Assembly: GCA_963806905.1 (NCBI GenBank)
Contig: CAWEAA010000002.1
Location: 310,640 to 374,639, forward strand
DNA length: 64,000 nt
From: an uncultured Verrucomicrobiae bacterium
Lineage (GTDB): Bacteria; Verrucomicrobiota; Verrucomicrobiia; Limisphaerales; UBA11358
Direction of reading: 5' to 3'
Shown here: piece after piece, positions 17,889-28,254 of the stretch
Numbering within the stretch: the stretch's first letter is position 1
Layout of the letters: each line of letters opens with the position of its first letter
Position numbers and translations under genes: made by a program
The notes under the pieces: model-generated
The model's database searches: none
What the model was told of the DNA's origin: nothing
Seen by the model: only the letters and a program-made list of their open reading frames with translations

Positions 17889-18253
17889 CCCAGCAGCCCT
17901 GCGCGATTCAGCGCAGTGAGCAAATCCCTTTCGACCTCGGCAAAACCGCGCCCGGCAATTGAATTTCGCGCCACGAGGACGAGTTCCACCGGTTGGGACA
18001 ATTCATGTTGATGCCGACGGAAGCTCTCACGGAGCAGCCGCCGCGCACGACTGCGTTCCACCGCACCACCGATTTTCCGGCTGGTGACAACGCCGAGTTT
18101 TGGTGTTGTGCCGACAGGCAGTTTGTTCCAGTTGGCGATGAGACAACCCTGTGCGAGCCGCTGTCCCTGCTGCCGGATGCGCATGAAATCACGATTTTGA
18201 CCGAGGCGCATGGCGCGACCCAGTTGCAGGCGTTTCGGCGATTCGGCGGGCAT
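17879..18253 (-). CDS. rnpA: Ribonuclease P protein component
   Basis: RL....DF, LGVVTSRKIGGAVERSRARRLLRESFR; between rpmH and yidD. Confidence 0.93.
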   Translation of the reverse strand: MPAESPKRLQLGRAMRLGQNRDFMRIRQQGQRLAQGCLIANWNKLPVGTTPKLGVVTSRKIGGAVERSRARRLLRESFRRHQHELSQPVELVLVARNSIAGRGFAEVERDLLTALNRAGLLGND

Positions 18254-18266
18254 GAACGCGCGCGGG

Positions 18267-18404
18267 TTAAACCGGGGTCAGGCGTTTGCGTCCGACGCGG
18301 CGGCGGTTGCGCAACGTGGCTTTGCCGCTCTTGCTCGAATTGCGGTTAAGAAATCCGTGCTGCCGTTTGCGGCGGATTTTCGACGGTTGATACTGGCGTT
18401 TCAT
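18267..18404 (-). CDS. rpmH: 50S ribosomal protein L34 (below the ORF-track cutoff)
   Basis: Manual translation [45 protein letters not shown]. Confidence 0.96.
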   Translation of the reverse strand: MKRQYQPSKIRRKRQHGFLNRNSSKSGKATLRNRRRVGRKRLTPV

Positions 18405-18446
18405 AAATGGTTCAGCGTCCTTCCGGGTGAAAGACCGGAACGTGCG

Positions 18447-18474
18447 AGGATAGCCATGAAACGCCTCGTGTCAA
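18447..18474 (-). promoter_or_regulatory. Candidate sigma70 promoter of the rpmH operon
   Basis: Minus strand TTGACA-16 nt-TATCCT; hairpin TTCCGG..CCGGAA at 18421-18440 in the leader. Confidence 0.6.
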
Positions 18475-18547
18475 GGCGGGGTTCGGCCTTCAAATCAACA
18501 AGCCGCACCCAATCGGATGCGGCCTGTGAAATGCAATTGCCTGCCTG

Positions 18548-18725
18548 TTACTTCACCAGTTGGGCGGCGGGCGCGGGCGTTGGTGCGGGCGTCGGCGCTG
18601 AATTTTGATGAACCGCGGCGCGTTCGATGCGGCCGGCGCTGTCCCACGCGCGCAACTTGTCCGCGTTGCTCTTGTATTTGTTCCGCACGATGGCATCAAG
18701 ACAGTTCACTTCCTTTATACCGTCA
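18548..18725 (-). pseudogene. C-terminal remnant of a hypothetical protein
   Basis: Reads DGIKEVNCLDAIVRNKYKSNADKLRAWDSAGRIERAA...PTPAPTPAPAAQLVK*; protein-like, but an in-frame stop lies just upstream. Confidence 0.5.
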
Positions 18726-18902
18726 CGCCAGCGCGTGGAATTCCTTTTCGCCCTCTACGAAAAACTCACCGCCCCGCTGTTGCCCGTCACGCCCAAAACC
18801 AAAAGCCGCCGGTCATCCCGCGATGGCGGGACCACTACAACACCGCGCCCGCGCAAACAGCGGACACCGGGTTTGCCGGGGCAAACTCCGATTCCTGGTT
18901 AA
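18726..18902 (+). pseudogene. Probable C-terminal remnant of an MmeI-like type IIL restriction-modification gene
   Basis: RQRVEFLFALYEKLTAPLLP followed by a basic tail, as recalled for MmeI-family C-termini; rest of the gene absent. Confidence 0.55.
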
Positions 18903-19007
18903 ATCCAAGCAAACGGAATTGCGCCAATTCATCCAGCAGGTCTTTCTATGCTGAAATCTCCTGAATTGATGCTGTTTTGAATGCAGCAATCTCCCGTCAT
19001 TATCACG

Positions 19008-21032
19008 CTATTGAGAAAGATAATTTATGATAGCCGGCACAACTGCCGACATGCCATGGTTGCCAACATTGGAATCGCTAAAGCCAAATCGAAGGGGTTG
19101 GCTGCCAGTAATGCCAGTAATTGTTGGTAATGGTATTGTTGGCCAAGTGACAGGGCGAACAACGATTTGTTTTCCTAGAGCGGTTGGAACGTTTGTGACT
19201 ATGGCCTGAGCGGAATTTTGAGCTGTTGTCAGCGTCTCACCGAATACATTATAATTAGTAATTTGCGATGTTTCCGCTGCCGCACTGTAACCGTAGTCGC
19301 TTGGCCTGACACCGGCGGCGTTAAAAGTAATAGCAGGCAGGCCAGTGGCAACTGACGCCAATGCCGCCTCGCCTCCCCCCAATGAATGTCCAGAAATTGT
19401 TATCGGGGTATTGGGAAATTCTTTCTGAACAAGCCTTGCTATTAGCGCCGCGGACACATATGCTTGTGACTTTTCGCCTAACGCATTTTGCTCATCCGCA
19501 CGCCGGTCATTCGGGTTGCTAGGATCTGTTCCGCGAAACGCCAAAATCAGGTTAACTGGTTTTCCGTCATCACTCATTTTCCCATAAAGAACAGCATCGG
19601 TTCCATCGCGAACAAGGGTGAATATTTGAAGAATTGAGTATCCCGGAGGATAATGATTCGTGGTGTAAGAGCTGTCGGCCGCATACATAGCATCAATAAC
19701 GCCCTGAAATCGAGCAAGCTTCGAACCTAAAACTCCTTGAGAAGGTGACGATGGTCCAGGGGAAGTTAAAGGCCCGGTATATCCCGCGCTTTTCTGGTAA
19801 TAATTGACACTGCTGCCGTTGCCGCCGGCAAAACCAGTCGAATTACCCGCTGCCGATGTCTCTTGAGCGGTTCCTGAAAGTTTGAGACCAAGTGGATTAT
19901 TCGCGTCCGGCTGCTGTGCGGAGGCAATCGTTTGCTGCGGCGTTGGATTGGGTGGAGGCAATTGATCAGGTGTTCCTTGATGAACTCCTGCGCCGCCCTG
20001 CGCTTGCATCGTGCTGGCCTCGCCTTTTACCATCGCTGGATCAACGGTCAAAGTTTTGGCATCCCGCAAATCAACGACATTGGGATCACCTGTCGGTTGC
20101 GGCGCGGCTGAATTTCCATTCCCGCCACCAAGACCAAAAAACGATGTGCCTTGTGGATGAAGATTTCCATCCGTCGCAGTGGCTGCGGCGGCTGAAGTGT
20201 TCAATGCGCTGCCAGGGCCACCATCGAAACCGCTCGAATCGCCTGCAGCCGATGTTGATTGAGCGATGCCAGTAATTTTAAGCTCAAGCGGATTATTGGG
20301 GTCTTGACCGCTCAATTGCGGGCCGCCCGATAGCTTTAACCCGCCGAGTTCAGGTGTTCCTGACAATTTCAAAACCCCATTCAAATCTGCAGCGATTTTA
20401 TTCCGACGCAAAGCGTCTTCAAGTTGTTGCAAGTCTTGCTGGGCGTCGGATAAGTCCTTTTGAATATATTGATTCGACACAAATTGGAGGGATCTTCCAA
20501 AATTGGCGACGGCAACTCGCAGATCTGCGAGCTCGGTGGAAGTATCTTGCTGTTTAGTAGCCAATGCAGCTTTGTTGAAGGCATCCGCGCCATATGCGTA
20601 ATAAAGATTTGCCCGGATTTGGTTGTCATTTGGAGAAAGTTGTGCGGCCTGCGCGAAACAATTTATTGCAGTCTGCCAGTCGCTTCTCCCACATGCATCA
20701 ATGCCTTGTTGGTTAATAGTGAGAGCTTGTTGTATCCGTGGGTCAACCGACGTTGGAGCGAAAAGCATGTGGCCCAAATTATATCCAAAATTGTATGAAG
20801 CTTGCCCAATATTATTAAGCATCATTTGTTGGCCGGGATTCAGACCAGGCGAGGAATATGAGGGAGTTGAGGGTTGGCTTGGTGCGGGGGGAGGATTTAC
20901 CGGAGTGGGAGTTGCAATGGGAACTAGGGTGCCAGGCGCTGTGTCATTATAGTATTGCTGCTGCGAGAAGGAATTCAGAGACAATAGCAAAGTTGTTAAT
21001 AATATTGTTGATCTGAAAATGGTAGCTTTCAT
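19008..21032 (-). CDS. Secreted protein: signal peptide, TPR, low-complexity linker and C-terminal lipase (DUF2974/Mbeg1/lipase_3-like)
   Basis: Signal MKATIFRSTILLTTLLLSLNSFS; TPR AINCFAQAAQLSPND; LAFRGTD, ISGHSLGG, AITFNAAG, C-terminal GNHGM. Confidence 0.8.
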   Translation of the reverse strand: MKATIFRSTILLTTLLLSLNSFSQQQYYNDTAPGTLVPIATPTPVNPPPAPSQPSTPSYSSPGLNPGQQMMLNNIGQASYNFGYNLGHMLFAPTSVDPRIQQALTINQQGIDACGRSDWQTAINCFAQAAQLSPNDNQIRANLYYAYGADAFNKAALATKQQDTSTELADLRVAVANFGRSLQFVSNQYIQKDLSDAQQDLQQLEDALRRNKIAADLNGVLKLSGTPELGGLKLSGGPQLSGQDPNNPLELKITGIAQSTSAAGDSSGFDGGPGSALNTSAAAATATDGNLHPQGTSFFGLGGGNGNSAAPQPTGDPNVVDLRDAKTLTVDPAMVKGEASTMQAQGGAGVHQGTPDQLPPPNPTPQQTIASAQQPDANNPLGLKLSGTAQETSAAGNSTGFAGGNGSSVNYYQKSAGYTGPLTSPGPSSPSQGVLGSKLARFQGVIDAMYAADSSYTTNHYPPGYSILQIFTLVRDGTDAVLYGKMSDDGKPVNLILAFRGTDPSNPNDRRADEQNALGEKSQAYVSAALIARLVQKEFPNTPITISGHSLGGGEAALASVATGLPAITFNAAGVRPSDYGYSAAAETSQITNYNVFGETLTTAQNSAQAIVTNVPTALGKQIVVRPVTWPTIPLPTITGITGSQPLRFGFSDSNVGNHGMSAVVPAIINYLSQ

Positions 21033-21158
21033 AGCTCATTAATTTGTGATCTACTTTTCTTTGGATTCGGGCAACCACGGCACAATCCGGCTGTTTGAAT
21101 GACTAGATGACGTTATGTTCATGATCATTTAATTGCGCGCAGGAATTAAGTCATTCCG

Positions 21159-22127
21159 TTATTTCGGCTGTTCGTCAGGAGGTAGAAAGATGCCCCCTAT
21201 TCCTACTCCTCTGCGCCCTGGAGGCGGAGGCTGTAAACTATTAGACTCCTGCGGGGATTCTTTGGCTTTTTCTTCCCAAATAATTATCTCATCGCGCGCC
21301 GCCGCCGCATCTTTGGAATCGGGCACAAGTTCCAGATAGCGACGCATATGGTCTGCTGCGTCGGCATAATCACCAAGCTCCTTTTCAATCATTGCGGTGT
21401 TAAACTGGCCATCCGGCCAGCAAGGTTCGATTTCCAAAGCCTGTTCATAATAATCCGCGGCCTCTTGAAAGCGTTTTTCACTATAAGCATTTTCGGCAAG
21501 CACGCGATTTTTATTAGCCTCTTCAGGCAACGGTGGCTTGGTGGCCAAAGCGCGCCATACCTCTGCTTTTTTCAGGAAGACCGCGAACTCATCTTCCGGG
21601 TTTAGCTTTCCACTTTGGGCGTCTGAAACAAGAACATCGAAGGCATCGAGGAAGGACTTCGCATCCGACAATTGGGCAAAAGTCACAAGCAGGCATCTTT
21701 TTTCCTGTTGATTTTCAAAGTTCATTGTCACGACATATCCACTTCCATTGCCAAAATGCACTACTGCGCTCGGACGTTCCCAAGGGCCTTGAAAACGAAT
21801 CCGGTGATTTATGGAATCTCGAAATAAGACAGTGAAAGTTTCCGTATTGTCCGGACTGCGGTAAACCAAACCGTCGCCGGTTGGAGATAAAACAATGCTT
21901 CCTCCCATCCTCACTGCTCCCGCCGTCCAAATTGACTCAACCGGATCGCGCAAAACAGAAGCCTGCTTTAAGTCGCGTTTTAATTGCAACCGCACTTGGG
22001 ATGCAGTTGTTGTTGAAGCAGACAGCGGTGTGGCACTTGGCTGATATGCAGTGGTGGCACATCCAGCGCAGAACAAAAGTAAACCAGCAAAAACGGTTTC
22101 AATTCGTGGAGTATATTTAGCTTTCAT
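21159..22127 (-). CDS. Lipoprotein with C-terminal TPR domain (paralog 3)
   Basis: LLLFCAG-C lipobox; WRALATKPPLPEEA...YYEQALEIEPCWP...YLELVPD. Confidence 0.8.
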   Translation of the reverse strand: MKAKYTPRIETVFAGLLLFCAGCATTAYQPSATPLSASTTTASQVRLQLKRDLKQASVLRDPVESIWTAGAVRMGGSIVLSPTGDGLVYRSPDNTETFTVLFRDSINHRIRFQGPWERPSAVVHFGNGSGYVVTMNFENQQEKRCLLVTFAQLSDAKSFLDAFDVLVSDAQSGKLNPEDEFAVFLKKAEVWRALATKPPLPEEANKNRVLAENAYSEKRFQEAADYYEQALEIEPCWPDGQFNTAMIEKELGDYADAADHMRRYLELVPDSKDAAAARDEIIIWEEKAKESPQESNSLQPPPPGRRGVGIGGIFLPPDEQPK

Positions 22128-22129
22128 TG

Positions 22130-22942
22130 TTAGTCAGTTAGTGGCGCTTTGGCTTTTTCTTCCCAAATGATTATTTCGTCATGAGCCGCTCTTGCATCTT
22201 TGGCATCGGGAACCAGCTCCAAATAGCAGCGCATGTGGTAAGCGGCGTAGGCATAATCACCAAGCTCCTTGGCGATCATAGCGGCATTGAATTGACCCTC
22301 CGGCCAGCAAGGTTCAATCTCCAATGCCTGCTCGTAGTAATCAATGGCGTCCTTAAATCGTTTTTCACTATAAGCATTTTCGGCCAACACGCGATTTCTG
22401 TCGACCTCATCCGGCAACGGCGGCTTGGAGGTCAAGCCACGCCATGCCACGGCCTTTTCTTTGAATTGATCAAAATCCTCTGCGTTCGGCAGCCCGTTTT
22501 TGGATACGGAGATCAGCAGGTTAATCGCATCCGTAAACGATTTCGCATCGTCAAGGTTTGTCCAGCATACTCGGCCATCGAATCCAAACGGCATAACATA
22601 GTAAGTGCCGTCGGCAGGGTTAAACCATACAGAAACCGCATACATATCCCGGAACAATCCCGAATGTGTCCTTCCGTCGATTCCCGTAAAGTGAAACTTG
22701 CGAAACGATGCTTCAAACCACTTATAATCGCCCTCGCGGACACTCTCGGAGCGGCTCAAGGATTGCATCAGTTGTTTTTGCGCCGTAGTAACTGGTATTT
22801 TTGAAATTGTTGCCGGATCCGAATCGTAAACAACTCTCTTCTGCTCGGCTTGGTTGCTCGCGCAGCCGCTAACAGCGAGCAAAGCGAAAGCACTCAGAAC
22901 ACAGGTGCAAACAATTCCAAGAATGCTCGATTGCTTGCTCAT
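22130..22942 (-). CDS. Lipoprotein with C-terminal TPR domain (paralog 2)
   Basis: LLAVSG-C lipobox; same TPR C-domain. Confidence 0.8.
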   Translation of the reverse strand: MSKQSSILGIVCTCVLSAFALLAVSGCASNQAEQKRVVYDSDPATISKIPVTTAQKQLMQSLSRSESVREGDYKWFEASFRKFHFTGIDGRTHSGLFRDMYAVSVWFNPADGTYYVMPFGFDGRVCWTNLDDAKSFTDAINLLISVSKNGLPNAEDFDQFKEKAVAWRGLTSKPPLPDEVDRNRVLAENAYSEKRFKDAIDYYEQALEIEPCWPEGQFNAAMIAKELGDYAYAAYHMRCYLELVPDAKDARAAHDEIIIWEEKAKAPLTD

Positions 22943-23775
22943 TTGATTATCGTGTTAGCTGGTTCCGGAGCAAAAGGCTCGCTGGGACTCGATGATGGTT
23001 CTTTTGCTTTCTCATCCCAAATGATCACTTGATTGCGGGCGGCTTCGGCATCTGAGGCGCCAGGAACCAACTCCACATAGCAGCGCATATGAAACGCGGC
23101 ATCTCCGTAATTACCAAGCTCGCCGTCAATCATCGCCACGTCATGCTGCGCATCCGGCCACAATGGACAAATTTCCAATCCTTGTTCGTAATAATCGGAG
23201 GCATCCGCAAAGCGCTTCTCTTGAACAGCATTCGCGGCTAGCACCAGATATTTATGGGCCTCATCCGGCAGCGGGGGTTTGGTGACCAATGCGCGCCATG
23301 CGGCGGCTTTTTGCTTGAATCGTTCAAAGTCGGCGTCTTGGCCAATTCCTTTTGATTTGAGAACGAGAACATTTAGCGCATCCGCAAAGGCTTCGGCTGA
23401 CTCAAGCCGATTCCATTGCACGTTGATTCCTTTGACCCGATAAATGTTTTGAACACCGAGTCGAACCACGACTGCGTCGTCTAGATTCTTGAAGCGATAC
23501 GAAAAAGTCCCCCCATCCCACCAAATCGGCGCACCAAAAGGATCGTGAGGATAAAAAATTTGGAAACCATCGCGACTTACTCTGATTTCCTTTTTATACA
23601 TCCCCTCCTGCAACGCTGCCTGTAATTGTTGTCGCGCCTGCGAAGCCGTTGTGTTTGCACTGCTCGCGTGTGAAATATCCGGCTGATATGCCGTGCTGAC
23701 GCAACCTGTGCTAAAAAGAAGCAAACCCGCAAAAAAGGAGACGGATACAATTCTTAAAACGACGATTGGTTTCAT
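22939..23775 (-). CDS. Lipoprotein with C-terminal TPR domain (paralog 1)
   Basis: LLLFSTG-C lipobox; same TPR C-domain; 4-nt overlaps with both neighbours. Confidence 0.8.
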   Translation of the reverse strand: MKPIVVLRIVSVSFFAGLLLFSTGCVSTAYQPDISHASSANTTASQARQQLQAALQEGMYKKEIRVSRDGFQIFYPHDPFGAPIWWDGGTFSYRFKNLDDAVVVRLGVQNIYRVKGINVQWNRLESAEAFADALNVLVLKSKGIGQDADFERFKQKAAAWRALVTKPPLPDEAHKYLVLAANAVQEKRFADASDYYEQGLEICPLWPDAQHDVAMIDGELGNYGDAAFHMRCYVELVPGASDAEAARNQVIIWDEKAKEPSSSPSEPFAPEPANTIIK

Positions 23776-24212
23776 GAGGGCGGACTTCCCTCCTTAACGG
23801 ATTCAATGCGGACTCTACGCGTTCGTGTTTTCTCATCGTTTGTGTCCAATGGCAAGAGCACGATTTCAGCCGTCACATATTTTCCGCAATAGTCTCTGAG
23901 TTTTTCGGCATTGCTGGCTTGTCCTACTACAAAGGGGCTCTTCGCCCCATTGTCCTCGGCAGCGAGGTAAAACACGATGCAGCGGTTTGTTTCGTTGCAG
24001 TTCTGTAAACATTCTTGTGACGGTTTTGTGTTCGGGCCGTAAATTTCGAGAAAAGCAGAGAGTTTTTTTGCACATATTCGATCTGCAAGCACCCAACCTT
24101 TGACAGTTATTTTATCTTTAGTGACAGCATTGGTGGATTCTTGTGCGTACACCAACGGCGCTATAAACCATAATGCAAAAATATTTATCGTAAGAATTTT
24201 TATCAGCTTCAT
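23772..24212 (-). CDS. Small secreted Cys-containing hypothetical protein
   Basis: GGAGAA RBS; signal peptide ending VYA-Q; several Cys; overlaps the next gene. Confidence 0.7.
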   Translation of the reverse strand: MKLIKILTINIFALWFIAPLVYAQESTNAVTKDKITVKGWVLADRICAKKLSAFLEIYGPNTKPSQECLQNCNETNRCIVFYLAAEDNGAKSPFVVGQASNAEKLRDYCGKYVTAEIVLLPLDTNDEKTRTRRVRIESVKEGSPPS

Positions 24213-24541
24213 ACAATTCTCCTTTTGTCATTTCGCCGGTGGCGGCGCGTGGTTGCCCGTCGGGAAAGTGTTGAGCCGGAATTCATCGCGCCCGCTGGAA
24301 TCGGCCGAGTCAGTCGCAGGGCATTTCAAATCGTCTAATTGCGGCAAGGGAATACTGGTTGCGGAACGTGGATGAGACCTGTTTCCGTAACGGTCAACGA
24401 CTCTGAGGTGTTGTTTTAGGGTCATACCCGTCGCCGCTTATGATAAACATTTTGGAACATAATTATCAAGGGAAAACCTTTCCACGCCAGTTTGCCCCCC
24501 CAACGGACATTATTTGCCAAGTCGTGGCTGCATCTTCCGAC

Positions 24542-24643
24542 GATGTCGCTCCTGAACGGAGCTTGGCCGGACAATGGATTGCGATCTACAATGATGCCAG
24601 CCCTATGGGCTTTGAATTCGTGTCAATTCGTGAAATTCGTGTC
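24542..24643. repeat. Degenerate REP-like element plus short TTCGTG repeat
   Basis: GATGTCGCTCCTGAACGGAGC and GATGCCAGCCCTATGGGCT hairpins; ATTCGTGTCAATTCGTGAAATTCGTGTC. Confidence 0.5.
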
Positions 24644-24729
24644 AAACCGTCTTCACTGTCCCCTTTTGACCACCTACAAGCGGTCGGAACGGTAAAACCC
24701 CAATTTTAAAGGCTTTTTCACATTTTTTA

Positions 24730-24960
24730 CCCCGCTGACACCTTCCTCGCCAAGATTTACCCGTTCCCCGCTAAAACTGGCACCGGCCCCGATTCGGCTG
24801 ACATTTCCCCTCACCAATTTACAGGTTCACCCGGTCAGCTCCATTTGCCCCGCCCAAATTTACATGCACCTCCTGTTCCTCTATCACTCACCCTTGATCG
24901 TCTCACACATGCCTCGCATCGCCTGACAGCCGCCCCGACCGGCTGGCATCCGCCCCCGTC
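24730..24960. repeat. Degenerate 20-21-bp periodic tract
   Basis: CTGACA/TTTAC/CTGGCA cores at 24735, 24756, 24777, 24798, 24818, 24859, 24902, 24923 and 24943. Confidence 0.6.
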
Positions 24961-25064
24961 CAATTACCGGAACATTCGGTCGCATAACAAACGCCCGTCG
25001 GCGGCTGACACACGCCGCTGAAGGTTTCGCACGCGCCTGCCGGGGAAATGCAGACGGGTTTGTG

Positions 25065-26507
<1,443 letters not shown>

Positions 26508-26587
26508 TTTGCCGAAGCCGAACATAACTGATTTGTGCCGGGCGGACAGCGAATTTTGCGTGCGGCCAAAATGGGGTTTTTCATTGT

Positions 26588-26616
26588 TTGACCTTGTTTC
26601 CTTCAACGCCTATACT
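26588..26616 (+). promoter_or_regulatory. Candidate sigma70 promoter of serA
   Basis: TTGACC-17 nt-TATACT, ending 16 nt before the ATG. Confidence 0.65.
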
Positions 26617-26632
26617 CACGACTCGTTTTGAT

Positions 26633-28231
26633 ATGAAAATCATCGTATGCGACCCGGTCTCGCCCAAGGGCATTGCGCTCCTGCAGCAGCGGCCGGAATT
26701 CCAGGTTGTGGTGCTGCCGAAGCGGTTGACGGAGGCGGAACTGCTCCCGGTGGTGGCCGACGCGACGGCGCTGGTGGTGCGTTCGGAAACGAAAGTCACG
26801 CGCAAGGTCATCGAAGCCGCGAAGCAACTGCGCGCCGTCGGTCGCGCGGGTGTCGGTGTGGACAACGTGGACGTGGAAGCCGCCACGCAGCACGGCATCG
26901 TGGTGATGAACACGCCGGGCGGCAACACGGTGACGACGGCGGAATTGAGCTTTGCCCTGTTGCTGGCGCTCGCGCGCAAGGTGCCGCAGGCTCACGCCTC
27001 GATGACCGCGGGCAAGTGGGACCGCAAACTGTTTCAAGGCCTGGAACTGGCCGGCAAGACCCTCGGCGTGCTCGGCATGGGCCGTATCGGCACGGAAGTC
27101 GCCAAACGCGCCGTCGCGTTCGGCATGCGCGTCATCGCCTACGATCCTTATCTCACCGAAGACCGCGCCAAGGCCATCGGCGCGGAATTTGCCGACAGCG
27201 TGGACGATCTTTATCGCGTGGCGGATTTCATCACCATTCACATGCCGGTGACGCCGGAAACCAAACACATGTTGAACGCCGCCGCGTTCGCCCGGATGAA
27301 ACCCGGGGTGCGCCTCGTGAATTGCGCCCGCGGCGAAATCGTCGTCGAGGACGATCTCATTGCGGCGCTCGAATCCGGCAAGGTGGCCGGCGCCGCGGTG
27401 GATGTTTTCGCCACCGAACCGCTGCCCGCCGACCATCCGTATCGCCGGCAGCCGAATTTGATTCTCACGCCGCACCTCGGCGCGAGCACGGGAGAAGCGC
27501 AGGAAAAATGCGGCATTGAAGTGGCCGAGGTCATTGCCGGTTATCTGCTCACCGGCGAAGTCCGCAACGCGGTGAACCTGCCGTATCTCGACGCCAAGAC
27601 TTATGAGCAGGTGAAGCCCTACCTGCCGCTGGGCGAGGCGCTCGGCAAATTGCTGGCGCAACTGGCGCCGGCGAACGCGGACCGGCTTTACATCACTTAC
27701 GGCGGCCACGCGCGCCAGTTGCCGAACATTGATCCGGTCACGCGCGCGGTGTTGCGCGGCTTTCTCTCGGGCAGCAATTTGAAGGACGTGAACAATGTCA
27801 ACGTCCGCAGTGTGGCCCAAAGCCTCGGCCTCACCGTCGAGGAAAAGAAATCCGACGAGCCGGTGACCTTCAACGAATGGGTTCATGTGCAGGTGTTCGG
27901 CAACGGGAACAAGCTGATTTCCGCCGGGGGAACCTTCTTCGGGTCGCCGAACAATCCCCGCATCGTGCGGCTGTACAGCACGCCGGTGGAGATTCCCGTC
28001 AGCGGCACGTTGTTGCTGTTGAACAACAAGGACCGGCCGGGCATCGTCGGCCACCTCGGCACGTTGCTGAGCAAACACAAAGTGAATATTGCCAACATGA
28101 GCCTGACGCGCGACACTGCGGGCGGGCTGGCGTTGACGGTGTTGAATCTCGATAGTGTGCCGCCGCCGGCAGTGCTCGAAGAGCTTCAGAAAGACCCTGA
28201 CATCAGCAATGTGAAAGTAGTAAAATTGTAG
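26633..28231 (+). CDS. serA: D-3-phosphoglycerate dehydrogenase (with ASB and ACT domains)
   Basis: GRAGVGVDNVD, GMGRIG, NCARG, TPHLGAST.EAQ, C-terminal DRPGIVG ACT domain. Confidence 0.95.
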   Translation: MKIIVCDPVSPKGIALLQQRPEFQVVVLPKRLTEAELLPVVADATALVVRSETKVTRKVIEAAKQLRAVGRAGVGVDNVDVEAATQHGIVVMNTPGGNTVTTAELSFALLLALARKVPQAHASMTAGKWDRKLFQGLELAGKTLGVLGMGRIGTEVAKRAVAFGMRVIAYDPYLTEDRAKAIGAEFADSVDDLYRVADFITIHMPVTPETKHMLNAAAFARMKPGVRLVNCARGEIVVEDDLIAALESGKVAGAAVDVFATEPLPADHPYRRQPNLILTPHLGASTGEAQEKCGIEVAEVIAGYLLTGEVRNAVNLPYLDAKTYEQVKPYLPLGEALGKLLAQLAPANADRLYITYGGHARQLPNIDPVTRAVLRGFLSGSNLKDVNNVNVRSVAQSLGLTVEEKKSDEPVTFNEWVHVQVFGNGNKLISAGGTFFGSPNNPRIVRLYSTPVEIPVSGTLLLLNNKDRPGIVGHLGTLLSKHKVNIANMSLTRDTAGGLALTVLNLDSVPPPAVLEELQKDPDISNVKVVKL

Positions 28232-28254
28232 CCGCCGTCAAACCAATTGAAAAA

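Noticed and set aside
18405-18550. oriC/dnaA expected upstream of rpmH
   Set aside because: No dnaA and no TTATCCACA boxes seen; this linkage is often broken.
18960-24500. Island as a prophage or integrative element
   Set aside because: No integrase, transposase, phage genes or flanking att repeats found.
24228-24709. Short ORFs 24228..24425 and 24440..24709
   Set aside because: No motifs; the second overlaps repeats. The first may be a gene remnant but cannot be supported.
24730-24960. Periodic tract as a CRISPR array
   Set aside because: The ~21-bp period is too short and there is no conserved repeat separated by unique spacers.
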